From Stegostoma tigrinum (Eukaryota), in the NCBI RefSeq assembly GCF_030684315.1, contig NC_081387.1:5498497-5562496 (forward strand): a stretch of 64,000 bases of DNA. The letters are read 5' to 3'. The notes below the pieces were generated by a model. The model did not search any database, had not been told where the DNA came from, and saw only the letters and a list, made by a program, of their open reading frames with translations. The stretch's first letter is position 1. Each line of letters begins with the position of its first letter. A program made the translations under genes and the position numbers. Shown one piece after another: positions 26,801 to 38,160 of the stretch.

Positions 26801-29800
26801 CAGTAGCAATTTAAAGGCATCTTGACAGATATATGAATAGGTGAGGAATAGAGGTGTGCAGATCACACAAAGATAAAAGGTTTTTACTTGACAAAGGAGA
26901 CGTGTCAGTGCAGGCTTTGTGGGCCAAGGCCCTAGGAGATAAAGAAACCAGAACTGCACACAATGCTCCAGCACCGAGGCTCTCCAAATGCAGTAAAATT
27001 TCTTTACTTCTATGGTCAAATCCTCTTGCAATAAAGGCCAACATACCATTCACCATTGGTTAAATGACACATTCTGCATTGCCATATTAAACATGGTTAA
27101 TTCACACACTATCCCCTCACTTCTACATTGCCCTCTCTCTCACTCTCCCTTCTGATTTTCCTTTATTCCCAATACTGGAGATCGCCTCACACTCACTGTT
27201 TCCCTAAGTTCTACATTCCGCTCTGTCTGATTCTTACCTCTCCATGGCCTTTTCCAGATGATTATCCCAAATGTAACAGCCAGTCCAGTGACTAATCCAA
27301 TTATTATTGAAAACTGGGACCATGCTCTGTTTATTTCTGGGATTTCTGAAACACATTGAGTAATATCAGTATTAGTTATGTTCCTGTATCCACACCCAGT
27401 GCACTGGGGACAATTTTAACTGATCCCACCCATTGGAAATTGATGGAATTGGTTGATACACTGCATTAAGCTGAGAGTGAAATTTCCCTGGAATTGGGTA
27501 TCTGCAGAAAGAATAGTCTCAGGAAACGCAATTGAACTTTTTCTGTTCATGTTAACATCTTTCTAGTCTTCGACAAGTAATGTTGTTACGCCTTCTTTTC
27601 GGTAATAAACCTGTGCTTGGTGTTTGAAGACCATCTGCAGGCTCTTGTGAATATTCAGAAATTTCAGTGTCTATCCAGCACCATAAGTAACAAAAAGTTA
27701 AGCAAATGATCCATCAAGCCAGACTTTTTAAACAGCCTTAAGGCTGGGACAAGGTGGTTTTTTTGGTCTCGCAAGGAATTAGGGCATCTGGGAAGCAGAG
27801 AGGCAAGAAGAATTAATGACAATGGCAGCAATAGTCATGAGTATGCTCAGTGGTGTACTTTACATTTTTTAAAGTGTTAAATTAAATTGTGGTGAAAATC
27901 ATCCAAAACCTCACTGAATGGTGGAACAGAGTTAAAAGGTAAACATAAGCACAAGCTTGCATGCACATGCACACATTGTATCAGCTCCTTACCCCACTGA
28001 TATAGCTTGGCCTCTGCCAGGCTGCTGTGTTCAATTTGGCAGGAATATTGATCCTCATCCCCAGCACTGATTTCAATCTCTTTCTGGATCTGATGGGTCC
28101 CATCATGGTTCGGTCGAATCCCCGAGGATTGTGTCTCAGACAGGACTTCTCCATTCCTTAGCCAGGTCACCTCGATGTCTACAGGATAAAATCCAGTGAC
28201 CAGGCAGGAGAGAGTGAGCGGCTTGTCCTGATGATTGGGCTCATTTCTGGAGATGAACACTTCAGGCTGAACTGTGATGGGAAAGGGTGAGAACACAAAC
28301 AATAGACAGACATTGAATAGACTAGGACAGCAGTTACATAGATCAGTGAGGTTAGATCTGAACATGGGGCCAAAACTAAAACACATACCTCTCCTTCCAA
28401 AATATTGTCTTCCAAAGTGTAAGCGTGACTTTAAACGCTCAACAAGTTCCTCTTCCAAGTGCCATTTCCAGTGCTTGTTCCATGCTTTATCAGAATCCCA
28501 TTCCTCCTTGATCTTCACTGCAAAGTGATTAGATGCAACCCATCTCATTCTGTCTGATTCTAAACTAATAAAGTCCTTTCCATCAAATCCAACATTCATC
28601 GATCTCTTAATGAAGCCATCAGCAGTGATCTCAACAGTCCTTATGAATTGCAAAATATGCACTCCTGCCAAAGATTAAAAGAGCAACAAAAATTAATTGT
28701 TCATGTAAAAGTCCCTTTAAGATATAATTGGAACTCTACGCAACAAGTTTTAAAATCAGAGATCCTCCTGCTGGCTGAGTGTTATCCTGATAGATTGTTT
28801 TGAGGGTTCTGCTACAGTAACAAGATCTTTTAGTGGAATCAGTTTTAAATGAATAGATCCATCGCCATGTGAACTAATAAGACATTTGTAACTCATTTGA
28901 CTTTGAGCCTGCTTTGCTACTCATTGCTGACTTAATTGTGGCCTTAATTTCACTTTCTTTCTTTTGCCACGAACAACCCATCACTCTTTTGTATATCAAA
29001 AATCTGTCTAACTCAGCCCAGCCTACATTCAATTACCCAGTGCATTGGAGATGACAATCAATGTATCCATCATCTCTGTACCTGTTTATTTTAAGACTCG
29101 AAGGAGGTAACATTTGGGCTTATTAGTTGATCTCTTTTTTTGCTGTGGTGACTATGATTAGTTTAGGTTCATTTTTGTCTCAGGATTTTTATTTTTGAGA
29201 TTTGGTGTCTTCTATTTCGAAGATTATAACAATTGTTCAAAACCACTTCCATTTCTTTACTTGCCATTATTAATTCCCCAGTTTTATCTCCTACATTTTT
29301 TCTGACTCTCTTCACACAGAATCCTGAGGTAGACCTGGGTATTGTGCATTCACATGCCAATGTACTAAGTGCTGTGCTCTTTTATGATTCCACTGATGGG
29401 CAGCATATGGATGAGTAATGGAAAGGGACCAAGAATTGATTCATGGCAAACACCAGAAGTAACACTGAGGGAACAGGAAGAAAAGCTGTATATGCTGACT
29501 GTAAGGCACTTTGAATAGATCGGAAAGGACCTAGGTAAGTTATCTTCCAACCAGTTGGATGACATAGAAGCTTGAGGGGAATGCTATGGCCAATCACTTC
29601 TCACTGCCACTTAAAATCCTTCAAGCTAGCACTTAGACCTTTCAAGTGGTTTGGTTATCCCACAGCTTCTCAAATTTTCACTAAACAAGTGGCCTTGCAC
29701 AGATGCAGACAAGATTGGATATTTTAAAATTGACCTTGATAAACCACTTTCTGGCCCGTGGACTTGCCCTCTTTCCCTAGTTAAAAAAAAATGCTTTTGT

Positions 29801-32800
29801 AGTTGAGTCAGCAACAGCCCACTCTTTCCCTGGCACTTAGTCTGCCTACTGACAGCTCCATCTTGAACAGAATTTTAAGGCAAGTTGCAGGTAACTTTAT
29901 CCACACCTTACAGAAAAGTAATGAGGAAAGAGTTGATGGAGGAATGAGAAAGATTTGCTCAAGGGAATAACCACTCCAGAAAGCAGGAAAGCTAGGAAAT
30001 TTGTAGCAGTCAGTTTATGTAATAAATATGTGCAGACATTTAGAACAATACATTATTAAGCTCTTATAATGACAGCTCACAAGAAAGACAAGTGAGATCT
30101 TTCATTTAGGTGCAGTTACAACATTTAAGAAACATTTGGATAGGGACATGAATAGGGAAAGTTCAGAAAGCTGTGGGCCAAGCACAGGTAAATGGGACTA
30201 ATTTAATTTGGGGAACCTGGTTGGCATGGTTGAAGCATCTGTTTCTGTGCTGTATGACTCTAGGCTGCAGACACGTTGAGAAAAGGTGAAAAGCGAATTT
30301 TTTTTTTACGTGGTCAAGCAAGTCAAGGGATAAGAGCTGTTCTGGGGTGAAAACTTGATTGGTGGGATGTAAATATGAAGTTCCAATAAAATATATTCAG
30401 GAGATGATCATGTATTTAAAGCTTCTTCTTTTACAGAAAAATGATGCTAATAGAAGATTTGAAGGAGAGAGGGACAGAATCTGAGGACTGAGAAATGACA
30501 ATGACAACCAAGACAAAGACAACGAGGCAGTCTACAACTGTACTGCACCAGCAAAAGCTTGTTCTGATGAAAGGTCGCTGGACAAAAAAGTGAACTTTTT
30601 TTCTTTCCACGGCTGTTGCTTGACCTGCTGAACATTTCCCATGGCTTCTGTTCTTATAGTAGTAGAAACTCTTATAGACACACAGTCAGAAAGTAAGCCT
30701 GAAATAGCCAAGAGTTTAACCAACAGCCTGAAGTGAGAAACCATTAAGTTGCACAAAGTAGTAAAATAAACACATTATTCACACCAGGAGCTGCATGAGG
30801 AGTCAGTTGCCAGGGTGGATCCACATGGAGGTTTGACAACTAGCACAGGGCCATGACTGAAATATTTGAATTGTTGTTTTACATATTTCTGACTGCAGCT
30901 TCACTGCTGTGCAGAAGCCAATTCCATAAGATAGCACGTATCCAGCGAAAGTTTTCTTGCCTGTTGTGTGACCAGGTACCCATTCCACAGTTGCCTAATA
31001 TAGCTGTGGTCAGAGTAACCCAAACAGTGTGTGTCTCAGCCTCACATATTGCAGTCTAACTGTGGTTGTATTCTGATCTGCTTTAAACAGGGCAGTTTGT
31101 AACAGAATCCATATCAGCGATCTTACCAGATGTTTGGTTTGTACTTTTCATTACCATTCTCAGATTCTCCCTTGCCTTGGCAGAATGTTCGTTCCCTTGC
31201 TTTGTGAGAATTTTCCAGTAATTAGCATCATACGAGTCTGTCATCCACTGCTGTAAGGAGACTGTCTGACAGGTATTACTGTCATAATGGGTCACAGGAA
31301 CTCCATTGATCATTGTTACACCAAAATACTCAGGTAGGTCAGTTGAGCCAGAGACAGCTATAAAAGCTGCAGTAAAGATTTTGTTCTCTGTAGATTTAAA
31401 CAAAAGTGAAAGGGTCAGGTTTGTTTACTTGATCAAGCAGAGCCTATACCCAATAACCCCACATCAGTGACAGGAGTCATTAAAACAGTCAAATCCACTG
31501 TCTCAATAGGCAGCTGCAATCGGTAATGGAGTCATTTGGATTTTCTAATAATAACACTCAGATTGCCACTCCACCCTTGTTTAACATAAAGCTCCATATT
31601 TCTGGCAGGAGGTTCTGATTCGGCTCCTTCCGAAATGTGGAGCCATACTTGCATCATGACAAGTCAGTACGGTGACTTCAGTGGATACCTCACAGCACGA
31701 GGAAGCCAGGTTTGATCCCACCCTTGGGTGACTGTCTAGTGGAATTTGAACATTCTCTCTACGTCTGTGCGGGTTTCCGCTGGGGGCTCTGGTGTCCTCC
31801 CATGGTCCAAAGATCTGCAGGCGAGGTGGATTGGCCATGCTAAATTGTCTGTAGTGTCCAGGGATGTGCAGGTTGGGTAGGTTAGCCATAGGATATGCAG
31901 GGTTAGGGTGTGGGTGGGATTGTCTTCAGTGTCAGTGTGGATGTGATAGGCTGAATGGCCAGCTTCCATACTGTAGGGATTCTATAACATTTAAAAAAAA
32001 GGTCTTTGGCAGTGCAGGACAGTCTTCACACAGTAGAAGCAGCCAAGGAGACGTCAATGCAAATTGAACATTGAATTCTATTTTTATCTGGAGGGGGAAA
32101 AAATGATTAGCAATCCACTTTCCCTGTTCCAATCAGAAACTGAGAATCAACTACTGTTTATATTCTGGAATAAAAGTACATTAGATTATCAAGGCTCCAT
32201 TTTACTGCAAACATGAAAGTTGATCATTTCTTGAATTCAAATTGCAAACCATAGCTTTAAATTGAGGGGTGAAAGATATAGGACGGATGTCAGAGGTAGT
32301 TTCTTTACTCAGACAGTAGTAAGGGAATGGAATGCTTTGCCTGCAACGGTAGTAGATTTGCCAACTTTAGGTACGTAAGTCGTCATTGGACAAGCATATG
32401 GATGTACATGGAATAGTGTAGGTTAGATGGGCTTGAGATCGGTATGACAGGTCGGCACAACATCGAGGGCCGAAGGGCCTGTACTGTGCTGTAATGTTCT
32501 ATGTTCTAACCAGAGGTTAAATGATTGGCTAGTCTCAGAAAAACTAAACTAAGCAATGACAGTCTGAATCGTCTGTGACCAGTAACCAGGACATTGAAAC
32601 TCACACAGGGTAATGCTTTAAGAACCAAGGACAGCATTTAATTATTATTAGTGTGATGGCCCCCCTACCCCATCACTGTCAGCCAATCACATGGTGGGAA
32701 TGAGGAAGATGGACATGTCACAAGAGATTGAGAATGGAGGCAATCTTACTCTCTTGCCTTTTGGAGGCCATCACAATTCTGTGCTGCAAGTTACTAAACT

Positions 32801-35800
32801 GTTAATCCAGAGACTTAGATAATGTCCTGGGACCTCATGTATAAATCCTATTATGGTAGATGGTGGAATTTTAAGTCAATACAATCTGAAATTTAAAAGG
32901 TCTAATGATGACCATGAAACTATTACTGATGGTCAAAAAAAACCCCATCTGGTTCACTAATTTCCTTTGGGGAAGGAAGCTGCCATCCTTATCTGGGCTG
33001 GCCTATGTGTGACTCCAGACTCAAAGCAATATGGCTGACACGTAACAGTCCTCTGAGCAATTAGCAGCGGGCAATAAATGCTAGCCTATCCGGGCAGTGC
33101 TCACATCCCATGAATGAATACTTTTTTTGAAAGTAATGTCTCATTTGTGTTTTTTCCTGCCAGGCATACACAAGAGAAGGGGTTATAAAACCAGCTGCAA
33201 TGTGTGTGTACGTGGTAGTCTGCTCTTTAATGAAACTGGCCAACAGTGTACCGGGGAGGTGATAGCCGAAGAAAACTACTTGGCTATGTAGCCACAACTA
33301 TAACTACCATGGTGACAAGAATACTTACAAGTTACTCATTAAACTCCTTTGGATACACAAAACCTATACGTCACTAGCTAAAATTCAAAAACTCAAAATA
33401 TAAAAAAATTGTACATTTCTAAACAATAATGACAGTTCACATCACACCCACAAAGTCAAAGATATTCCTGTTGTTCTGCATATTGAAAATGTTTTCAACT
33501 TGTTCTGGAACATCAATGATGAACTGGTACACTGTGGCCAGAGCCAGGATGCAAAGTAGCAATTGGCAAGTTCCGTAAAGAGACCATTATTTGGGAATGG
33601 CCTGACAATATGTGGATAGTCATTCATTTTGGCCACACAGGGACTAGCTTTGTGTATCATGACAAATCAAAAAGCATTAAGCCATGATGTCATGTGCATG
33701 CTACCTCGGGCACACATAGGGTACAAAAGTGTACCTGCCGCTGAACCCACGGACCTGGGTTTAATCCCATCTGCTCCAGAGATGTGTCATAACATTTCTG
33801 AACAGGTTAGTTAAAGAATATCAGATATATCATTTCCTCTAATTTTCTTACCACCTGCATGGGCCTCCAAGGCCCATGCGTGGCAGTGATTTCTGGAGCC
33901 AGAGATCAATGCCACGATTAGTGTGCCAACACTGACCTTGGAACATCAGTGCAGCTGTATGTGGCACAGTTATATAGCTTACTGATTGAATGCCCAAGAA
34001 CTGCTGCACTGCCCAGCAATGGAATCAGGGAAGTCAGTGCATCATAAATGCACACAAGGTACACCAGAAAGACCTCAATAGCAGAAGGAGCCTCTAAATC
34101 TACACAATGATCCATCCCACCCTCAGAAAATAGCAGAGGACCTATTATAGAGTAATACAGTGCAGAAATAGACCCTTTGGTCCAATCTGTCCATGGCAAC
34201 TATAATCCCAAACTAAACTAGTCCCTCCTGCCTGCGCTTGGCCCATTTCCCTCCAACCGTTCCTATTCATGTACTTATCTAATACCTTTAAACATCGTAA
34301 CTGCACTCGCATCCACCACTTCCCTCAGAAGTTCATTCCATACACGAACCACTCTGTGTAAAAATGTTGCCCCTCATGTCTTTTACAAATCTTTCTCCCC
34401 TGACCTTAAAAATGCCCCCAGTCTTGAAATCCTCCAAGCTAGGGAAAAGACACTAACCATTAACCTTATCTGTACCCCTCATTTCATGAATCTCAAAAAG
34501 ATCACCTCTCACCTTCCTATGCTCCAGTGAAAAAGTCCCAGCCTGTCCAGTGTATGCTTATAACTCAAACCTTCCATTCCCAGCAACATCATGGTAAATC
34601 TCTTCTGAACGGTCTCCAAATTAATAATAACTTTCCTATGGCATGGTGACCAGAATTTGACACTGTATTCCAGAAGAGGCCTCACCAACGTATTGTACAG
34701 CCTCAACATGACACCCCACCTCCATATTCAAAGGTCTCAGCGATGAGGGCAAACATGCGAAACACCTTCTTAACCATCTGTCTACACGTGACACAAACTT
34801 CAAAGAATTATATCCCTGAACTACTGGGCCTGTCTGTTCAACAACACCACTCAAGGCCCTGCTATTAACTGTTTCAGTCCTGCCCTTGTTTATTTTGCCA
34901 AAATGCAACAACTCATATTTATCCAAACTGAATTCCATCCGCCAACTCTTCAGCCCATTGACCCAATTGATCAAGACCTATTTCTAATCTGAGATAGCCT
35001 TCTTCACTGTCCACTATCCTACCAATTTTGGTGGCTTCCACAAACTTACGAACAATGCTTTCTATTTTCTCTTGTGAATCATTTATATAAGTGACAAACA
35101 AAAGTGGATCCTGTGGAACACTGCTGGTCACAGACCTCCAGTCTGAAAAACAACCCTTCACCACCACTATAATAAAATATGACGCTGGATGAACACAGCA
35201 GGCCAAGCAGCATCTCAGGAGCACAAAAGCTGACGTGTCGGGCCTAGACCCTTCATCAGAGAGGGGGATGGGGTGAGGGTTCTGGAATAAATAGGGAGAG
35301 AGGGGGAGGCGGACCGAAGATGGAGATCTTGTCTCCTGCTGTTAAGCCAGTTTTGCATCCAATTCAGTGCGCACAAGGAAGATTACAGCCTTACAATGGA
35401 TTACTTTCCAAATTTCCCATTGTTTGATAACTGAGCAACTCAACAAGCTCAATCATTGCTGACATGATGCATGTAATTTTCAGTTTTGGAGTACTTAGCC
35501 AGTACACAAAATGTCCATGGGCTATGTGCAAGTGGGCAATGTGACATCATTATTGGCTACTAGATCTCTCCAATCCAAACTGCATCTTGTTTTTGTTTTA
35601 AATTCACTTGTGGGATGTGGGCGTCGTTGGCTAGGCCAGCATTTTATTGCCCATCCATAGTTGCCCTTGAGAAGGAGGTGGTGAGCTGCTTTTTGTACTG
35701 CTACGGTCCATGTGCGGTAGGTACAGCCAGACGCCTGTTAGGAAGAGAGTTCCAGGATTTTAGCCTAATGATATATTTCCAAGTCGGGATGGTGATTAGA

Positions 35801-37769
35801 TGGGAATCTTGCAGGTGGTGGTGTTCCTATGTATCTGTTTCCCTTGTCCTTTGAGGTGGAAGTGGTCTTGTGTTTGGAAGGTGATGCCTAAGGATCATTG
35901 GCAAATTTATGCAACGAATCTTGAGGTTGGTACACACTGCTACTACCGAGTATCAGTGGTGGATGAAATGCATAAGGTGCTAATTAAGGGGGCTGTTCTG
36001 TCCTGGATAGTGTCAAGTTTCTTGAGTGTTGTTGGAGCTGCACCCATCCAGGTAAGTGGGGAGTATTCCATGACTCTCCTGATGTGTGCCTTACAGATGA
36101 AACTTTGCGGAGACGGGGGCAAGTTACTTGTCACGGTATTCCTAGCCGCTGACCTGCTGTTGTAGTCACCTGGTATTTACATAGAGAGTCCACTTCAGTT
36201 TCTGGTCAATGGTAACTTCCGAGATGTTGATAGTGGAACATTTAGTGATGGTAACACCAATGAATATCTGATTAGAATAAATGTTATTGGAGTTGGTCAT
36301 TGCCTGGCATTTGTGCGGTGCAAATGTTACTTGCCATTTGTCAGCCCAAGCCTTGATAATGACCAGATCTTGTTGCATCTGAACATGGATAATGTGAACT
36401 GCAGATACTGGAGAATCCAAGATAACAAAGTGCGAAGCTAGATGAACACAGCAGGCCAAGCAGCATCGCAGGAGCACAAAAGCTGACGTTTCGGGGATGA
36501 AGGGTCTAGGCCCGACACGTCAGCTTTTGTGCTCCTGAGATGCTGCTTGGCCTGCTGTGTTCATCCAGCTCCACACTCTGCATCTGAACATGGACTGCTT
36601 CAGCATCTCTGCAGTCACAAATGGTATTGAACACTGGGTATGTTCACTAATGATGCACACTTCTGACCTTACGATGGAGGGAAATTAATTGATGAAACAG
36701 TTGAAGATGGTTTGGCCTAGGACACCACCCTGGGGACCTCCTGCAGAGATGTTCTGGAGCTGAGATGACTGACCTCCATCAACTACAACCAGCTACCCTC
36801 ATGCCAGGTGTGACTCCAACCAGCACCAAATTTGCTCCCCTGATATGCATTGTTTGCAGTCATCTGCTCCTTTGCCTTTAGGTACCTCATTTCCCTTCAC
36901 CCTTCTCATTTTCTCTTCATCTCTCTCTCCACCTTCTTCCAAAACCATTAAATTTTTGACCCATGATTCTGTAACTTCCACCCTACGTTCATTTTCCTGC
37001 AGCACTCTGACTGTAGCCTTCACTCCAAAGTAGCTGGTGTAAAGGGCAAAAGACTGCTGCTTCCTTCAGGAGGATGAATTGGTAGTGAGTTTAACCTGAA
37101 GGTCACCACGGCCCAGGCAAAGGGCGAGATTGAGAAGGTAGATCTGTGGCGGTAACCATGGCTGATGCATGAATGAACCCAAACCGTCCAGCCATTGAGC
37201 TACCCAACAACCCGCCCCGCCCAGTTCAGCGTAAACCTCTATTTAATACCCACCATTGACGCATTCGTTTTACTTTGCAGTCAGATACATCGCAATCCCG
37301 GCGAATGAAACCTCTCCTGGCAACGCGCCTATCTACATGTAGTCCTTCCACCCTCCTCCTCCCCCCCCCACCCGTGCCCGGACTAGCCTCTGCCACTCGG
37401 TCATCCTCCAGGGCCCCATACAACTCAGATTCAATTAGTTTTGCCTGTGCTTCTTTCATCAGGGCACCAGGATATTGTATCCATGGGAACAGGATGGAGA
37501 AGGACACACACGCAGATATAAAAAAAGGGAAAGAAAACTGTCAGACACATCTAAATATTATCGCTCGGTACAGACACAAAGACAGTCTCTACAAGTTACT
37601 GCAGTATTTTGACACACGTTTCCTGCAGGCACTGACGATCCCATTCCTTATAAAATCCCAGGGATTTCCCAAACTGGAGAATGGGAGTGAGAATGAAAAG
37701 CTGACTTCTGAACTCACCAGCAGATGCCCAGGAAAAACACAGGGAGATGGAAAAAAGGATCAGCAACAT
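17701..37769 (-). CDS. Gene A: non-classical MHC class I heavy chain, 6 coding exons join(37769-37718,31387-31127,28664-28389,28271-27993,27345-27238,17816-17701), 363 aa; candidate member of a shark non-classical lineage such as UEA (lineage not confirmed)
   Basis: Exons of 52+261+276+279+108+116 = 1092 nt join in frame through phase-1 GT-AG introns. Domain order is signal peptide, alpha1, alpha2, Ig-C1 alpha3, TM, cytoplasmic tail, as in class I genes. Confidence 0.9.
17980..18780 (+). mobile_element. CR1 LINE 3' fragment
   Basis: SKFADNTK, WQMEFNLDKC, terminal ACTCTATG/ATTCTAT repeats. Confidence 0.9.
19135..19650 (+). mobile_element. CR1 LINE 3' fragment (specific to copy A)
   Basis: LERAQKKFTR, EVVETGILRAFKRNLDEYMDRKG; absent at the paralogous site near 47535. 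Confidence 0.88.
21360..21660 (+). mobile_element. Penelope-like GIY-YIG C-terminal remnant
   Basis: DSVIGQHLLDNADCAWSY motif typical of PLE endonuclease tails. Confidence 0.55.
23533..23570 (+). ncRNA. Minimal type-I hammerhead ribozyme motif in a Penelope-derived element (element about 23533-23660)
   Basis: AAGCU | CUGAUGA | A-GGGUCUAGGCCC (stem II) | GAAA-C-GUC (cleavage triplet) | AGCUU; stem I AAGCU/AGCUU is fully complementary. Confidence 0.7.
24590..24900 (-). mobile_element. CR1 LINE 3' fragment
   Basis: TRGHGFKVRREKFKRDLRGNFFKQRVVHVWN. Confidence 0.9.
24900..26920 (+). mobile_element. Old CR1 LINE RT remnants, partly shared with the gene B intron
   Basis: Degenerate GNYRSVSL, GFVKRQSCLTN, FQKAF, VPQ.SVLGP motifs; collinear with about 49900-51080. 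Confidence 0.8.
27238..27345 (-). CDS. Gene A exon 5, connecting peptide and TM (EIPEINRAWSQFSIIIGLVTGLAVTFGIIIWKRPWR)
   Basis: Acceptor gtttcag and donor G|GTAAGA; hydrophobic stretch followed by a basic stop-transfer; paralogous to 53678-53797. Confidence 0.9.
27993..28271 (-). CDS. Gene A exon 4, alpha3 Ig-C1 domain
   Basis: Acceptor tcacag and donor G|GTAAGG; 279 nt; LSCLVTGFYP, VTWLRNG, PNHDGT, YSCQIEHSSL. Confidence 0.96.
28389..28664 (-). CDS. Gene A exon 3, alpha2 domain lacking both cysteines
   Basis: Acceptor tggcag and donor G|GTATGT; 276 nt (canonical alpha2 length); motifs HILQ, GFDGKDFISL, W147. Confidence 0.95.
31127..31387 (-). CDS. Gene A exon 2, alpha1 domain (ENKIFTAAF...YDSN...YW...NQTSG)
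   Basis: Acceptor tacag at 31388 and donor G|GTAAGA at 31126; 261 nt; class I alpha1 motifs LPEY, YDS, QWM, YW and the N86 glycan site NQT. Confidence 0.93.
31665..31985 (+). mobile_element. HE1/V-SINE
   Basis: tRNA-like head and V-domain core GTGGAATTTG..TCTGTGCGGGTTTCC..CCAAAGAT.TGCAGG..GGATTGGCCATGCTAAATTG. Confidence 0.85.
32248..32508 (+). mobile_element. CR1 LINE 3' end (same young subfamily as 2772-3095)
   Basis: Near identity with 2838-3085. Confidence 0.88.
34145..35170 (-). mobile_element. CR1 LINE RT-to-3' fragment
   Basis: FSDWRSVTSSVPQ, MLRLYNTLVRPLLEYSVKFWSP. Confidence 0.92.
35170..35330 (-). mobile_element. Penelope-derived terminal fragment with a hammerhead-like motif (GACAC variant)
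   Basis: Reverse complement reads ..CCCCCTCTCTGATGAAGGGTCTAGGCCCGACACGTCAGC.. Confidence 0.7.
35600..36840 (-). mobile_element. L2/CR1-group LINE 3' portion (related copy at 56140-57000 +)
   Basis: WADKWQVTFAPHKCQAM, KAHIRRVMEYSPLTWMGAAPTTLKKLDTIQ. Confidence 0.85.
36390..36578. mobile_element. Fold-back Penelope-derived element with 16-bp TSD
   Basis: TGCATCTGAACATGGA at 36374-36389 and 36579-36594; inverted arms. Confidence 0.88.
37661..37670. promoter_or_regulatory. NF-kB consensus site in intron 1 of gene A
   Basis: GGGATTTCCC matches GGGRNNYYCC; 47 bp into intron 1. Confidence 0.45.
37718..37769 (-). CDS. Gene A exon 1, signal peptide MLLILFSISLCFSWASA
   Basis: ATG at 37769; hydrophobic core ending in an A-x-A cleavage motif; donor G|GTGAGT at 37717; phase 1 joins alpha1 as G|AG (Glu); MHC-type promoter boxes lie just upstream. 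Confidence 0.88.
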
Positions 37770-37944
37770 TCTGGGAATCCACTATTCCATCAGAGACAGG
37801 GAATGAAAGATCCTGAGGAGCGGGAACAACTGGCGCTTATAGACTGGAAGTGAAAATTTAACAAAACGCAGCAAGTTTATCGAGCCTCCATTTTATTGTT
37901 GACATCGAAACGTATTCATTTCCTGATTTCAAGCTGCAGAACGA

Positions 37945-38016
37945 GGGGGCGGCGGATTGGTTGTTAATATAAAAGTGCCCAATGAGGGATAAGCAGGTCT
38001 GTCACCAGTTACCAGG
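37945..38016 (-). promoter_or_regulatory. MHC-type promoter module of gene A: X1/X2 box, Y box, CCAAT box, GC box
   Basis: On the minus strand: CCTGGTAACTGGTGACA (38016-38000, RFX X1-like plus TGACA X2), ATTGG at 37983-37979, CCAAT at 37960-37956, CCGCCGCCCCC at 37955-37945. Order and spacing match the MHC X-Y enhanceosome, about 180-250 bp upstream of the ATG. Confidence 0.7.
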
Positions 38017-38100
38017 AGGATTAACCACAGGGAGATGGTGTAAAATATAAATAGACAGTGTAACTTTCCGGTTAGGGATGGGGTAATGGTTGCAGATCGG

Positions 38101-38119
38101 GAGAGAGAGAGAGAGAGAG

Positions 38120-38154
<35 letters not shown>

Positions 38155-38160
38155 AGAAAA
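38101..38160. repeat. (GA)n(GAAA)n microsatellite upstream of gene A
   Basis: Direct reading of the sequence. Confidence 0.95.

Larger units (their letters stand above)
13730..28700. repeat. Segmental duplication copy 1 (paralogous to about 43660-59200)
   Basis: Collinear shared exons, downstream non-coding sequence (e.g. 15070-15146 vs 45765-45840), a shared Penelope remnant (13750 vs 43680) and shared old CR1 remnants (22200-26400 vs 49090-51080). Confidence 0.85.

Noticed and set aside
27877-28671. 264-aa ORF as a single-exon gene
   Set aside because: It is alpha2 + in-frame intron 3 + alpha3 + intron read-through; canonical splice sites and the paralog define the real exons.
17701-37769. 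Classical class I (UAA) or class II assignment
   Set aside because: Most peptide-anchoring residues and the alpha2 disulfide are missing; the three-domain alpha1/alpha2/alpha3 exon structure excludes class II.
37275-37853. 192-aa + strand ORF over exon 1
   Set aside because: Non-ATG start, no recognisable domain, antisense to the leader exon in a GC-richer promoter region.
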